NCBI RefSeq assembly: GCF_003945235.1
Contig: NZ_RSDW01000001.1
Span: forward strand, 4,590,001 to 4,622,000
Reading direction: 5' to 3'
DNA length: 32,000 bases
Source of the DNA: Edaphobacter aggregans
Lineage (GTDB): Bacteria; Acidobacteriota; Terriglobia; Terriglobales; Acidobacteriaceae
Below the pieces are notes generated by a model, which made no database searches, was not told the DNA's origin, and was given only the letters and a program-made list of their open reading frames with translations. Below are positions 1 through 10,744 of this stretch, one piece after another. Position 1 is the first letter of the stretch. Each line of letters begins with the position of its first letter. The position numbers and the translations under genes are program-made.

Positions 1-1
1 T

Positions 2-715
2 TTGAGCGGTATGGCTCGGGGCGTGGATACGGCGGCGCATAAAGGGGCGCTCGATGCAGGCGGAAAGACAGTCGCGGTGTGGGGGACGGGGATCGATGTG
101 ATCTATCCGAAGGAGAATAAGAAGCTGGCGGAGAATATTATTGCGAGTGGTGGGACCATCGTGAGCGAGTATCCGTTGGGGACGTTTCCGGCGCCGCAGA
201 ATTTTCCGATCCGAAATCGGATTTTGAGTGGCATGAGTGTGGGAGTGCTGGTGATTGAGGCTGCGGAGTATAGCGGCACACGGATTACGGCGCGGTGTGC
301 GATGGATCAGAATCGCGATGTCTATGCTGTGCCGGGAAATGTGACGAATAAGAATGCGTGGGGGCCGAACACACTCATTAAACAGGGGGCGAAGCTGACG
401 GCGACCTGGGAGGATGTCTGGGAGGACCTGCCTTCGCATGTACGTCTGCAACTTGAAGAAGAGATTGGGGTTAATGGGGGGAGTGAATCGAAAGGCGGGG
501 GGAGTGCATCCTTATTCAGCGAGACTCCGTTGCCGGAACATGAACGGATAGTGCTGGAGAAGCTAAGGCATGATGAGGCGACGCAACTGGATGATTTGAT
601 GGAGCGGTTGGAAGCGGAGCTGGGGTCGGCTGAGGTTTTTACAGCGCTGTTCGAGTTGGAGATTGCCGGACGTGTGAAGCAGTTGCCCGGAAAGAATTAC
701 GTGCGGGCGTTCTGA
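2..715 (+). CDS. dprA: DNA-processing protein DprA/Smf, C-terminal part (5' end lies upstream of the window)
   Basis: The ORF runs off the left edge. The translation SGMARGVDTAAHKGALDAGGKTVAVWGTGIDVIYPKENKKL...FPIRNRILSG matches the DprA Rossmann-like core. Adjacency of dprA and topA is a common synteny. Confidence 0.85.
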   Translation: MSGMARGVDTAAHKGALDAGGKTVAVWGTGIDVIYPKENKKLAENIIASGGTIVSEYPLGTFPAPQNFPIRNRILSGMSVGVLVIEAAEYSGTRITARCAMDQNRDVYAVPGNVTNKNAWGPNTLIKQGAKLTATWEDVWEDLPSHVRLQLEEEIGVNGGSESKGGGSASLFSETPLPEHERIVLEKLRHDEATQLDDLMERLEAELGSAEVFTALFELEIAGRVKQLPGKNYVRAF

Positions 716-984
716 TGCACAGAGGTCGAAGGCGCTGCAGTGTGATGGGAATCCACGCAAAAAGATCGTAAGTTCAGCCGGCGCTTTGGCTTGGGCGTGG
801 GCTGAGGGGAGTAAAGTTTTGCACAGAAACGCGCTTCGACGGTGACCTTCCAAGAGGATTTTCGTCAGTTCAGGCATTGCAGAGAGATGACGTGCCGGGC
901 GGAAGCGTGTTAGGTTCGCAAGGGAATGAAGGAAGAATGGAACATTCTGCTACGGCAGAACGTTTTGGTGGATGAAGGGAACGA

Positions 985-3813
985 ATGGGTAAATCACTTG
1001 TGATCGTGGAATCGCCGGCAAAGGCGAAGACGATCGGAAAATATCTCGGCAGCGACTACACGGTGGAGGCCTCGATTGGCCACATCATGGACCTGCCGAA
1101 GAACGACATCGGCGTGGAACTGAAGAAGCGGACGTTTGAGCCGACGCTGATTGTGTCTCCGGGGAAAGAGAAAGTTGTTGACCGGCTAAAGAAACTGGCG
1201 GCGAAGGCGGACATGGTGTATCTGGCGCCTGACCCGGACCGCGAAGGTGAAGCGATTGCGGCGCATCTGTCGATACAGCTGCTGCCAATGGTCAAGGATA
1301 AGTCGAAGGTGCGACGAGTGACCTTCAACGAGATTACGAAGAAGGCGGTGAATGCTGCCTTTGCGCATGCTCGCGATGTGGATGAGAACCTGGTGGACGC
1401 TCAGCAGACGCGCCGTGTTCTGGACCGATTGGTGGGGTATCAGATATCGCCGCTGTTGTGGGACAAGGTGCGTCGTGGGTTGAGCGCGGGGCGTGTTCAG
1501 ACTGTCGCGCTGCGGTTGATTGTGGAGCGCGAGCAGGAGATCAACGACTTCGTTCCGGTGGAGTACTGGACGATTAATGCTGCGCTTAAGCCGAGTCCGG
1601 ATGGGCAGGAGTTTGTTGCGCGGTTTGTCGGGATCGATGGTGTGGCCTCGCGCGTTGCGAACGGCACGGATGAGAGTGGCAAGGAACTCTTTATTGCTAG
1701 TGCTCTGCCGAATAAGGAGCGCATCGAAGAGGTCGTCGCTCAGTTGGAGAAGGCGAAGTGGAGCGTGCGTTCGGTCGAGCGGAAGGAGCGGCGGCGGAAT
1801 CCGACGGCTCCGTTTACGACGAGCAAACTGCAGCAGGATGCTTCGGGTCGGCTGGGATTTAATGTCCGCCGGACGATGGGCGTCGCGCAGCGCCTCTATG
1901 AAGGTGTGGAGTTGGGCAACGAGGGTACTGTCGGTCTGATTACGTATATGCGTACCGATTCGACGCGTGTGTCGCCGGATGCGATTGTTGAGGCGCGTGA
2001 GTACATCGAGAAGAAGCTTGGGCCACAGTATCTACCGGCGAAGCAGAATGAGTACAAGAGCAAGAAGGATGCTCAGGATGCGCACGAGGCGATTCGTCCG
2101 ACGAGCGTGTCGTATACGCCTGAGGGGATTCGCAAGTATCTGAGCGATGAGCAGTACAAGCTGTACAGACTGATCTGGCAGCGGTTTGTGGCTTCGCAAA
2201 TGGTGCCGGCGGTCTTCGACCAGACGACGGTGGATATTGCTGCGGTGGCGGATAGGACGTATGACTTTCGCGTGTCGGGTTCGGTGCTGAAGTTCGACGG
2301 CTTCCTGAAGGTGTATGAGCAGGTAAAGGTCGATCAGGCGAAGAAGGATGATGAGGACGAGGATGCGGACGACAAGCGGCTGCCGGAGTTGAAGGATGGT
2401 CAGGCGCTGACGAAGCAGAGGATCGACTCGGAGCAAAAGTTTACCGAGCCGCCTCCGCGCTTCAATGAAGCAAGCCTGGTGAAGACGCTCGAAGAGAAGG
2501 GAATTGGGCGGCCTTCGACGTATGCCTCCATCATTAATACAATTCAGGATCGCGATTATGTGAAGAAGATCGGCGCGAAGTTTGTGCCGACTGAGATCGG
2601 TACGGTCGTGACTAAGCTGCTGGTTAAGAACTTTCCGTACATCTTCGACACCGCGTATACGGCCACGCTTGAGGGCGAGCTGGATGCTGTTGAAGATGGC
2701 GAGGAGCGGTGGACGGATCTGCTGAACGGGTTCTACGACCACTTTGAGAAGGAACTCAAGGTGGCTGAGGGCTCGATGGAAGACATCAAGCGGATGGAGG
2801 AGTCGACGAACGAGGTCTGCGATAACTGCGGTAGTCCGCTGATTTTGAAGTGGGGCAAGTTCGGGAGCTTTTACTCGTGCAGCAACTTCTCCAAGGCGAA
2901 ACCGATGACGATTGCGGCGGGGCCGTACAAGAAGGACCCGAAGGCCGTGCTGAAGAAAGTGACGACGGCGTTTTCGTTCCCGATCATTGTGAAGGCGACG
3001 ACCGAGGATGTGATCGAGTACTCAAAGGAGGTCTTGAACGCGAAGGAATTGGTGGCGGCGATCGAGGAGGCCGCTGACGCGGGCAAGAAGGTCACGGCGG
3101 AGCAATTCAGCTGCGACTTTACGAAGGAAAACTTTGCAGCGAAGCCTGATTTGAGCGCTCCGGGTGCGGATGAGGCTCCTGAGGAGGAGGCTTGCGATAA
3201 CTGCGGGCGCACGATGGTGCTGCGGAATGGACCTTGGGGGCCGTTTATGGCTTGCCCGGGGTACAACGAGGATCCGCCGTGTAAGACGATTCGGAAGCTG
3301 ACGCAGAAGGTACAGCAGAAGCCTCCGGTGCAGCTGGAGGAGAGCTGTCCGAAGTGCGGTAAACCACTGCTGCTCCGCAATGGGCAGTATGGGGAGTTCA
3401 TCAGCTGCAGCGGGTATCCGAAGTGCAAGTACATCAAGCAGGAGCTGCTGGATGTGAAGTGCCCGAAGGATGGCGGCGATATCGCCGTGCGTAAGACGAA
3501 GCGTGGAGATGTGTTCTATGGCTGCGTGAACTATCCGAAGTGTGACTTTGCCTCGAACCTGAAGCTGGTGGATAAGACCTGTCCGAAGTGCGACAGCGCT
3601 TATCTGCTGGAGGTCGTCAACGATAAGGGGACTTACCTGGTTTGCCCGAATAATCGTGAAGCACTGCCGAAGCGCCGGAAGAAGAAGGGCGCGGAGGAAG
3701 AGGCGCCGACGACTCCGGAGTGCACGTACGAGAAAAAGATTGCAGGGCCTGCTCCTGCTGTAGAGAGGCCGGATCCGGAGAAGACGCGCGCGGTTGTCGA
3801 AAGCGTGGCCTGA
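985..3813 (+). CDS. topA: DNA topoisomerase I (type IA) with multiple C-terminal zinc-ribbon repeats
   Basis: 942-aa ORF. The N-terminal Toprim motif is LVIVESPAKAKTIGKYLG and the active-site region is GLITYMRTDS. The C-terminus carries CxxC...C zinc-ribbon repeats (CDNCG, CPKCG, CPKCD). GAAGGGA lies upstream of the ATG. Confidence 0.95.
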   Translation: MGKSLVIVESPAKAKTIGKYLGSDYTVEASIGHIMDLPKNDIGVELKKRTFEPTLIVSPGKEKVVDRLKKLAAKADMVYLAPDPDREGEAIAAHLSIQLLPMVKDKSKVRRVTFNEITKKAVNAAFAHARDVDENLVDAQQTRRVLDRLVGYQISPLLWDKVRRGLSAGRVQTVALRLIVEREQEINDFVPVEYWTINAALKPSPDGQEFVARFVGIDGVASRVANGTDESGKELFIASALPNKERIEEVVAQLEKAKWSVRSVERKERRRNPTAPFTTSKLQQDASGRLGFNVRRTMGVAQRLYEGVELGNEGTVGLITYMRTDSTRVSPDAIVEAREYIEKKLGPQYLPAKQNEYKSKKDAQDAHEAIRPTSVSYTPEGIRKYLSDEQYKLYRLIWQRFVASQMVPAVFDQTTVDIAAVADRTYDFRVSGSVLKFDGFLKVYEQVKVDQAKKDDEDEDADDKRLPELKDGQALTKQRIDSEQKFTEPPPRFNEASLVKTLEEKGIGRPSTYASIINTIQDRDYVKKIGAKFVPTEIGTVVTKLLVKNFPYIFDTAYTATLEGELDAVEDGEERWTDLLNGFYDHFEKELKVAEGSMEDIKRMEESTNEVCDNCGSPLILKWGKFGSFYSCSNFSKAKPMTIAAGPYKKDPKAVLKKVTTAFSFPIIVKATTEDVIEYSKEVLNAKELVAAIEEAADAGKKVTAEQFSCDFTKENFAAKPDLSAPGADEAPEEEACDNCGRTMVLRNGPWGPFMACPGYNEDPPCKTIRKLTQKVQQKPPVQLEESCPKCGKPLLLRNGQYGEFISCSGYPKCKYIKQELLDVKCPKDGGDIAVRKTKRGDVFYGCVNYPKCDFASNLKLVDKTCPKCDSAYLLEVVNDKGTYLVCPNNREALPKRRKKKGAEEEAPTTPECTYEKKIAGPAPAVERPDPEKTRAVVESVA

Positions 3814-3838
3814 GTTTGCTAAACGAAAGGGAGATGGG

Positions 3839-4264
3839 ATGGCGACTGCGGCGGATGCTGAGCTGGTATTGAAGCTGTACGAGATGCGAAGGGAAGAGAC
3901 GCTGCGAAGGGCGCGGCGGTTCATGATCTTCGACTTCAATCCGAAGACGCTGGAAGAGCTGCGGGCGGTGTCGAGAGACCCGAGGTCGGAGTACAACGTG
4001 TACTGGCGGCAGATGCTGAGCTTTTGGGAGATGGCGGCTTCGCTGGTGTTGCGTGGAGCGCTGGATGCGGACCTGTTTCTGGATTCGAATGGAGAGGGAA
4101 TCCTGCTCTATGCGAAGTTCCACCATTTCCATGTGGAGACGGAAAAGCAGAGCGGAAACCCGTTTATGCGAAATACGGCTGCCCTGATTGAGAAGTATCC
4201 GGCGGCGGCGAAACTGCATGAGATGTTTGTGAAGACGTTCGCACCTGCTCCGGCATCGAAGTAG
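3839..4264 (+). CDS. Hypothetical protein (141 aa), no family recognised with confidence
   Basis: The ATG at 3839 is preceded by AAGGGAG. The longer track ORF starting at 3794 would overlap the topA end. Codon third positions are GC-rich like the neighbours. Confidence 0.6.
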   Translation: MATAADAELVLKLYEMRREETLRRARRFMIFDFNPKTLEELRAVSRDPRSEYNVYWRQMLSFWEMAASLVLRGALDADLFLDSNGEGILLYAKFHHFHVETEKQSGNPFMRNTAALIEKYPAAAKLHEMFVKTFAPAPASK

Positions 4265-4425
4265 CCGATCAGCAGCGAGGTATCCGGTAGGAGCCTGCGG
4301 GTTTCATTTCTGCATCGTTTCTGTTACAAATGCGTTGTACGCTCCGGGATCAATATCCTCGGGAGCTGGCCCGCTTATGCGCTTGGGTCGGTCGTAAATT
4401 GTTGAAAAGAATGTAGGTAGTAACC

Positions 4426-4710
4426 ATGGCAAAGGCAGTTTGGAATGGCCAGACTCTGGCTGAGAGTGAGACATACGAGACGGTTGAGGGCAATATTTAC
4501 TTCCCGGATGAGACGGTGAAACGGGAGTTCCTGCGGCCAAGCTCCACGACCTCCAGCTGCCCGTGGAAGGGGCAGGCGCGGTACTACACGATCCTCGTAG
4601 ACGGGCAGGAGAATCAGGATGCGGCGTGGTATTACCCTGATCCGAAGCCGGCTGCACGGAATGTGAAGCACCACGTTGCCTTCTGGCGAGGCGTGGAAAT
4701 CACGAAATAG
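4426..4710 (+). CDS. DUF427 domain protein
   Basis: 94-aa ORF with the characteristic GNIYFP...CPWKGQARYY...AAWYYPDP...VAFW pattern of DUF427. Confidence 0.8.
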   Translation: MAKAVWNGQTLAESETYETVEGNIYFPDETVKREFLRPSSTTSSCPWKGQARYYTILVDGQENQDAAWYYPDPKPAARNVKHHVAFWRGVEITK

Positions 4711-4723
4711 CTGGAGTTAAGCA

Positions 4724-4750
4724 CCGCTCAGCAGCCTCGGCTGACTGCGG
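4724..4750 (+). terminator. Candidate hairpin terminator between convergent genes
   Basis: ccgctcagc (4724-4732) pairs with gctga..gcgg (4740-4750), giving 9 bp with a 2-nt bulge and a 7-nt loop. A moderately T-rich stretch (atcttacttct) follows. It lies between the DUF427 stop and the cupin stop. Confidence 0.35.
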
Positions 4751-4753
4751 ATC

Positions 4754-5134
4754 TTACTTCTCGTGTTCCAGTTCCACAACCATTACTTCAATCGGTTTGG
4801 TGCCGGCATTGACGTCGGAGTGCATGGTTCCGGGTGGGTTGGCTGGGAGCCAGTACGCTCTGCCGGCCTCCCAGACATGCTGTTCCGTTGGTCCATCCTG
4901 CGGGACGATGTTCATCGTGCCACTACTGAGCGCGATGATCACGCGTGGATGATCGTGCCGGTGCATCGCCGTGGCTGCGTTCGGAAGCAAGACGGTCTTC
5001 CACACCGCCACATCCTCATTTTGGAACTGGGGGATGCGTTGGGTCTGGGGCGCACCCAGCTGGGAGTGCAGGACGCCAAAGATAGTGAGGGGCAGTGCAA
5101 CCAGGATCGCCCCGCCGAACAGGTAACGGTTCAT
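4754..5134 (-). CDS. Secreted cupin-domain protein (126 aa)
   Basis: The start was chosen at MNRYLFGGAILVALPL (signal-like), with GAGGAAA upstream. The cupin-type motif is HRHDHPRVIIAL...WLPANPPGTMHSDVN. The longer track ORF to 5341 has no support. Confidence 0.7.
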   Translation of the reverse strand: MNRYLFGGAILVALPLTIFGVLHSQLGAPQTQRIPQFQNEDVAVWKTVLLPNAATAMHRHDHPRVIIALSSGTMNIVPQDGPTEQHVWEAGRAYWLPANPPGTMHSDVNAGTKPIEVMVVELEHEK

Positions 5135-5240
5135 GGATGGTTTCCTCGGCGGGAGGATAACACGACAGGCAGACCTGTTCTTTATTTTCAGTTGGTTATG
5201 GTTCCGGGACGAACGATGCTGTAGTGCGGTAGGGTAAGGC

Positions 5241-6704
5241 ATGGCGGAATGGAAGGACGAAGCGGAAAAGACACTCGATCCGGCGGATGAGGCTGGATGG
5301 GCGGAGTTGCGAGCTCTGGGACACCGGATGCTCGATGGCATCTTTGACCACGTGCAGGGTGTGCGGCAGGGGCCTGTATGGCGCGAGATGCCCGGCGAAT
5401 CGAGGCTGCGGCTGGAGTCTGAGGGGGTTCCGCACGCTGGGGAGGGGGCTGCGGCGGCTTATGAGAGCTTTGTGAGGGATGTGCTGCCTTATGGGATAGG
5501 GAATGCTCATCCGCGGTTCTGGGGATGGGTGATGGGGAGCGGGACGCCGGTAGGAATGCTGGCGGAGATGCTGGCGGCGGGGATGAATCCGAATGTGGGC
5601 GGATTTAATGACTCGGCCATGATGGTGGAGGAGCAAGTTATCCGGTGGATGGCGGAGCTGATGGGGATGCCGGAGGGAACGAGCGGCCTCCTGACCAGCG
5701 GCGGAAGTATGGCGAACCTGATCGGGCTGGCCGTGGGGAGACATGCTCGGGCGAGTTTTGATGTTCGTGGCGAGGGGTTGAAGAGTGGGCCGCCATTACG
5801 GGTGTACGGCTCGACCGAGACGCATAGCTGGTTGAAGAAGGCGTTGGAACTGATGGGGATGGGGAGGGTCAGTCTATGCTCAGTTGGGGTGGATCAGGGT
5901 TATCGGATGAAGATTGGGGAGGTGAAGGAGGCGATTGCGGCGGATCGGGCTGCGGGAATTGTTCCGCTGTGCATTGTGGGAACGGCGGGAACGGTGAATA
6001 CGGGGGCAACGGATGATCTGGCGGCAATTGCGGATCTGTGTGCGGCGGAAGGGCTGTGGTTCCACATAGATGGGGCGTTTGGAGCGCTGGCGTATTGGTC
6101 GGAGAGGCTGCGGCCTGCACTTACGGGGATGGAGCGGGCGGATTCGCTGGCGTTTGATCTGCATAAATGGGGATATTTGCCGTATGACGTGGGGTGCGTG
6201 CTGGTGCGGGATGCAGAGGCCTACAGGGCCGCGTTTGCTACCGGGGCGAGCTATCTGAATGCGATGGAACGGGGACCGGCGGCGGGTGGGATCAGGTTTG
6301 CGGAGCGTACGCCTGAGCTCTCGCGGGGGTTCCGGGCGCTGAAGGTGTGGATGAGTTTTAAGGCGCAAGGCGTGGACAGCATTACGGAGTTAGTGGAGCA
6401 GAACGTGGAGCAAGCGCGGTATCTGGCGGCACGTGTGGCGAGGGAGCTAGAGCTGGAGCTGGCGGCTGAGGTTCCGCTGAATCTTGTCTGCTTCCGATAT
6501 CGGGGGGCCAGCGATGCGGAGAATCAGGAGATTCTGCAGCGGGTGCAGGAGCGGGGGATCTCGGTTCCGTCGAGCACAGTGCTGGAGGGACGATTTGCGA
6601 TTCGAGTGGCGAATACGAACCATCGATCGCGACGCGAGGACTTCGATGCTCTGGCGGATGCGGTGATTGCGATTGGGCGTGAAGTTGTGGGCGAGCGACG
6701 ATGA
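5241..6704 (+). CDS. Pyridoxal-phosphate-dependent decarboxylase, group II (aromatic-amino-acid / DABA decarboxylase-like)
   Basis: 487 aa. It contains SGGSMANL, HIDGAFG and the PLP-lysine motif FDLHKWGYLPYDVG typical of group II decarboxylases. Confidence 0.85.
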   Translation: MAEWKDEAEKTLDPADEAGWAELRALGHRMLDGIFDHVQGVRQGPVWREMPGESRLRLESEGVPHAGEGAAAAYESFVRDVLPYGIGNAHPRFWGWVMGSGTPVGMLAEMLAAGMNPNVGGFNDSAMMVEEQVIRWMAELMGMPEGTSGLLTSGGSMANLIGLAVGRHARASFDVRGEGLKSGPPLRVYGSTETHSWLKKALELMGMGRVSLCSVGVDQGYRMKIGEVKEAIAADRAAGIVPLCIVGTAGTVNTGATDDLAAIADLCAAEGLWFHIDGAFGALAYWSERLRPALTGMERADSLAFDLHKWGYLPYDVGCVLVRDAEAYRAAFATGASYLNAMERGPAAGGIRFAERTPELSRGFRALKVWMSFKAQGVDSITELVEQNVEQARYLAARVARELELELAAEVPLNLVCFRYRGASDAENQEILQRVQERGISVPSSTVLEGRFAIRVANTNHRSRREDFDALADAVIAIGREVVGERR

Positions 6705-6729
6705 GGCCGCTCGCCATGAGTTGGTGCGT

Positions 6730-8226
6730 TTAGTAGGCTCCGGCCTGGTCGAGGGGTAGCCGGACCTGGAAACAGGTAGCTCCGGGGCGCGATTCGACTT
6801 GAATATAGCCGGAGTGCTTGGTGACGATGCGCTGGGCGGTGTCGAGGCCCAGACCCAAGCCCTTGCCTGGGGCCTTGGTGGTGTAGAAGGGCTCGAAGAT
6901 ACGGGACTTGAACTCGGGTGCGATGCCGGGGCCGGTGTCCCAGACCTCGACGAAGGCCATCTGACCGCTGGAGCGAGTGGTGAGCCGCAGCGTGCCCCGA
7001 TCTTTCATGGCGTCGAGGGCGTTTTCGATCAGGGCAGTCCAGACCTGGTTGAGTTCGCTGCCGTAGGCGCTGACGGGGGGCAGGTCAGGGTCGAAGTTCC
7101 GCTCGATGGTCACGTTCTGGAGACGCGAGTTGAACATGGTCAGGGTGGTCTCGAGGGATTGGGCGAGATCGACGTCCTGGATGGGCGCCTGGTCCATGTA
7201 GGAGTAGTCCTTGATGGCGCGGATCAGGTCAAAGATGCGCACGGTCGAGTTGACGACGGTCTCGGCCATGCGCTCGACACGGAGGGAGCTGGCGAAGGTG
7301 GCCAGGGCGACGGGCAGGACTTCGGCGGTGGCGTGGTCGGCCAGGTCGTCCAGCTGTACCGTCGTGATGGTGGTCTCGGCGAGCGCAGGGGCGACAGCCC
7401 AGGGATTCGGGATGTTATGAGTCTCGAGCCACTGGAGCAGAGCGGTCTCGCGGTCGCTTTCGGCAAGGGGGTCGTCGGCAATATCGGCGCGGCTGGCGTA
7501 GTCGGCCATTGTGCTGCGGGTGCGGGAGATCCACGAGCGGTACTGGGAGGTCTGCGTGTCGGATAGACAAAGGTTGCCGAGGCGATATTTGAGGTCGCCG
7601 TACTGACGCAGTTCGGCGAAGAGGCTGGAGGCGGAGCGCTGGGCTGCGGAGGCGGGGTTGTTGAGCTCGTGGGCGAGGTTGCCGGCGAGCTTGCCGAGAG
7701 CTGAGAGCTTTTCGGCCTGCTGCTCCATGCGGGTGACCTCGCGGACGCGGTCGAGCAGGGTGGAGACGCAACGCTGCGTCATCGACGGGATGGCGGCGAG
7801 CAGGGCGGGGAAGTGGGACTCGTGGAGGCTGAGTGACCAGCTTGGGCCGACGGTGAAGCCGTCTCCGCCGTAGGTCTTCATGCGGGAGAAGGGAAGCTTG
7901 CCGGTCATCTGGCCAGCGCGGCCGATCCAAAGGGTGGGGCTGGCGTGGCGGCGGCGGACGTGAATCTCGCCCATGAGGATGAAGTGAAGGCGGTCGCAGG
8001 GATTGCCTTCCAGGAAGACAACGGCGCCGTCATCGCCGACGGTTTCGTCGCAATGGGTGGCGAGCCAGGCGTACTCCTCATCGGCGAGGCCGCTGAGGGG
8101 AGTGATGGTGCGCAGAGCGGCGACAATGTCCGCAATGGGTGTGGGCCGAGAGGGAGGGCCGACGAATATCTGCGGCTCTACCTCATTGAGTGGAAGAATT
8201 GCTTCGTAGCTACCTTGGGCTGCCAA
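6730..8226 (-). CDS. Sensor histidine kinase with an N-terminal cyclic-nucleotide-binding-like domain
   Basis: The cNMP-like segment is VVFLEGNPCDRLHFILMGEIHV. The HisKA H-box is LAGNLAHELNNPASA, and the HATPase_c N/G boxes are ALIENALDAM, VWDTGPGI and GKGLGLGL. The start is placed at the TTG at 8226, six nt after a perfect AGGAGG. ATG alternatives exist at 8253 and 8316. Confidence 0.8.
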   Translation of the reverse strand: MAAQGSYEAILPLNEVEPQIFVGPPSRPTPIADIVAALRTITPLSGLADEEYAWLATHCDETVGDDGAVVFLEGNPCDRLHFILMGEIHVRRRHASPTLWIGRAGQMTGKLPFSRMKTYGGDGFTVGPSWSLSLHESHFPALLAAIPSMTQRCVSTLLDRVREVTRMEQQAEKLSALGKLAGNLAHELNNPASAAQRSASSLFAELRQYGDLKYRLGNLCLSDTQTSQYRSWISRTRSTMADYASRADIADDPLAESDRETALLQWLETHNIPNPWAVAPALAETTITTVQLDDLADHATAEVLPVALATFASSLRVERMAETVVNSTVRIFDLIRAIKDYSYMDQAPIQDVDLAQSLETTLTMFNSRLQNVTIERNFDPDLPPVSAYGSELNQVWTALIENALDAMKDRGTLRLTTRSSGQMAFVEVWDTGPGIAPEFKSRIFEPFYTTKAPGKGLGLGLDTAQRIVTKHSGYIQVESRPGATCFQVRLPLDQAGAY

Positions 8227-8436
8227 CTCGAACCTCCTTCTGCCGGGTGGCATCGATGGGGCTGGCGATACTCTATTTTGACAGAGGGCCTGGGTGAGAA
8301 AAGTTGCTGCGAGCATTCTCGCAGAGTTTTGTGACGAAAAGCGAGGTCACCGGATTGGATGGTTACAGGTGCCAGTTGGATAGCAGATTTCTTGCATTAT
8401 GTTGCATCTGCTGATTGGGCAGAGACTTCAGGGCAC

Positions 8437-8931
8437 CTAGGCGGGGCTCGAAGCCAAGAGAAGATAGTCGGATGGCGCGGGGCGGATACCATGCTGACGA
8501 GCGAGCGTGGCAAGTTGAGCGTAGTGACGGATGCTATGCAGCAGAGCGTGTTGAAAGACAGCCTTGCGGGTCGCTCGCCGCTTGCCTGCGGTGAGTGTGG
8601 GGAACTCGATCTCGCGGTTCCAATCGAATTCGGGATTCTGGAAGAGATTTTTCAGAATTTCGAGGGCGCGGCGATGTGTTGCGAAGATTTCGTCGGCGGT
8701 GGCAAAGGGAATGCTAGCGTAGTCGGTGGCTGGAGCGTCGGACAGACGTTCGGCGTAGCGTAGCTCTGCGGCAACGATGTGCTGGAGGAGCTGGCCCACA
8801 GTGGTCGAATTATGGATGTCGCATGGTATCTGGAGAAGCGAAGGATGCTCCGAGGCGAGCGCATGCCAACTTTCTGCCGTGGCATCGTTCCAGGCGAGGA
8901 GGTCTTCTGCTGTAAGAGAGGGAGTATTCAT
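8437..8931 (-). CDS. DinB-family (DinB/YfiT-like four-helix bundle) protein
   Basis: 164 aa with the pattern VGQLLQHIVAAELRYAERL...FQHALLHSIRHYAQLATLARQHG, typical of the DinB superfamily. Confidence 0.75.
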   Translation of the reverse strand: MNTPSLTAEDLLAWNDATAESWHALASEHPSLLQIPCDIHNSTTVGQLLQHIVAAELRYAERLSDAPATDYASIPFATADEIFATHRRALEILKNLFQNPEFDWNREIEFPTLTAGKRRATRKAVFQHALLHSIRHYAQLATLARQHGIRPAPSDYLLLASSPA

Positions 8932-9026
8932 GTTTTGCGCTCAATCGCTGGGGATGCGGGAGATGGAAAAGAAAGGGCGAGGGACCGTTGCCAGCCACCT
9001 CGCCCGTGTTTGTGTGTCGCTTTTGG

Positions 9027-10677
<1,651 letters not shown>

Positions 10678-10744
10678 TTTGATTCCGACTTTCGTCCTTG
10701 GCGGAGTAATTCGGTAGTTTCGTATCGTTCGGCGTTGTGGAAGT

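Noticed and set aside
3794-3838. Upstream extension of the 141-aa hypothetical ORF
   Set aside because: It would overlap the topA 3' end. The ATG at 3839 has a proper AAGGGAG SD.
3022-3996. 324-aa minus-strand ORF, plus other long antisense ORFs inside topA
   Set aside because: It lies entirely antisense to a clearly homologous topA frame. The translation is Arg/Leu/Ser-rich low complexity, typical of shadow ORFs in GC-rich DNA.
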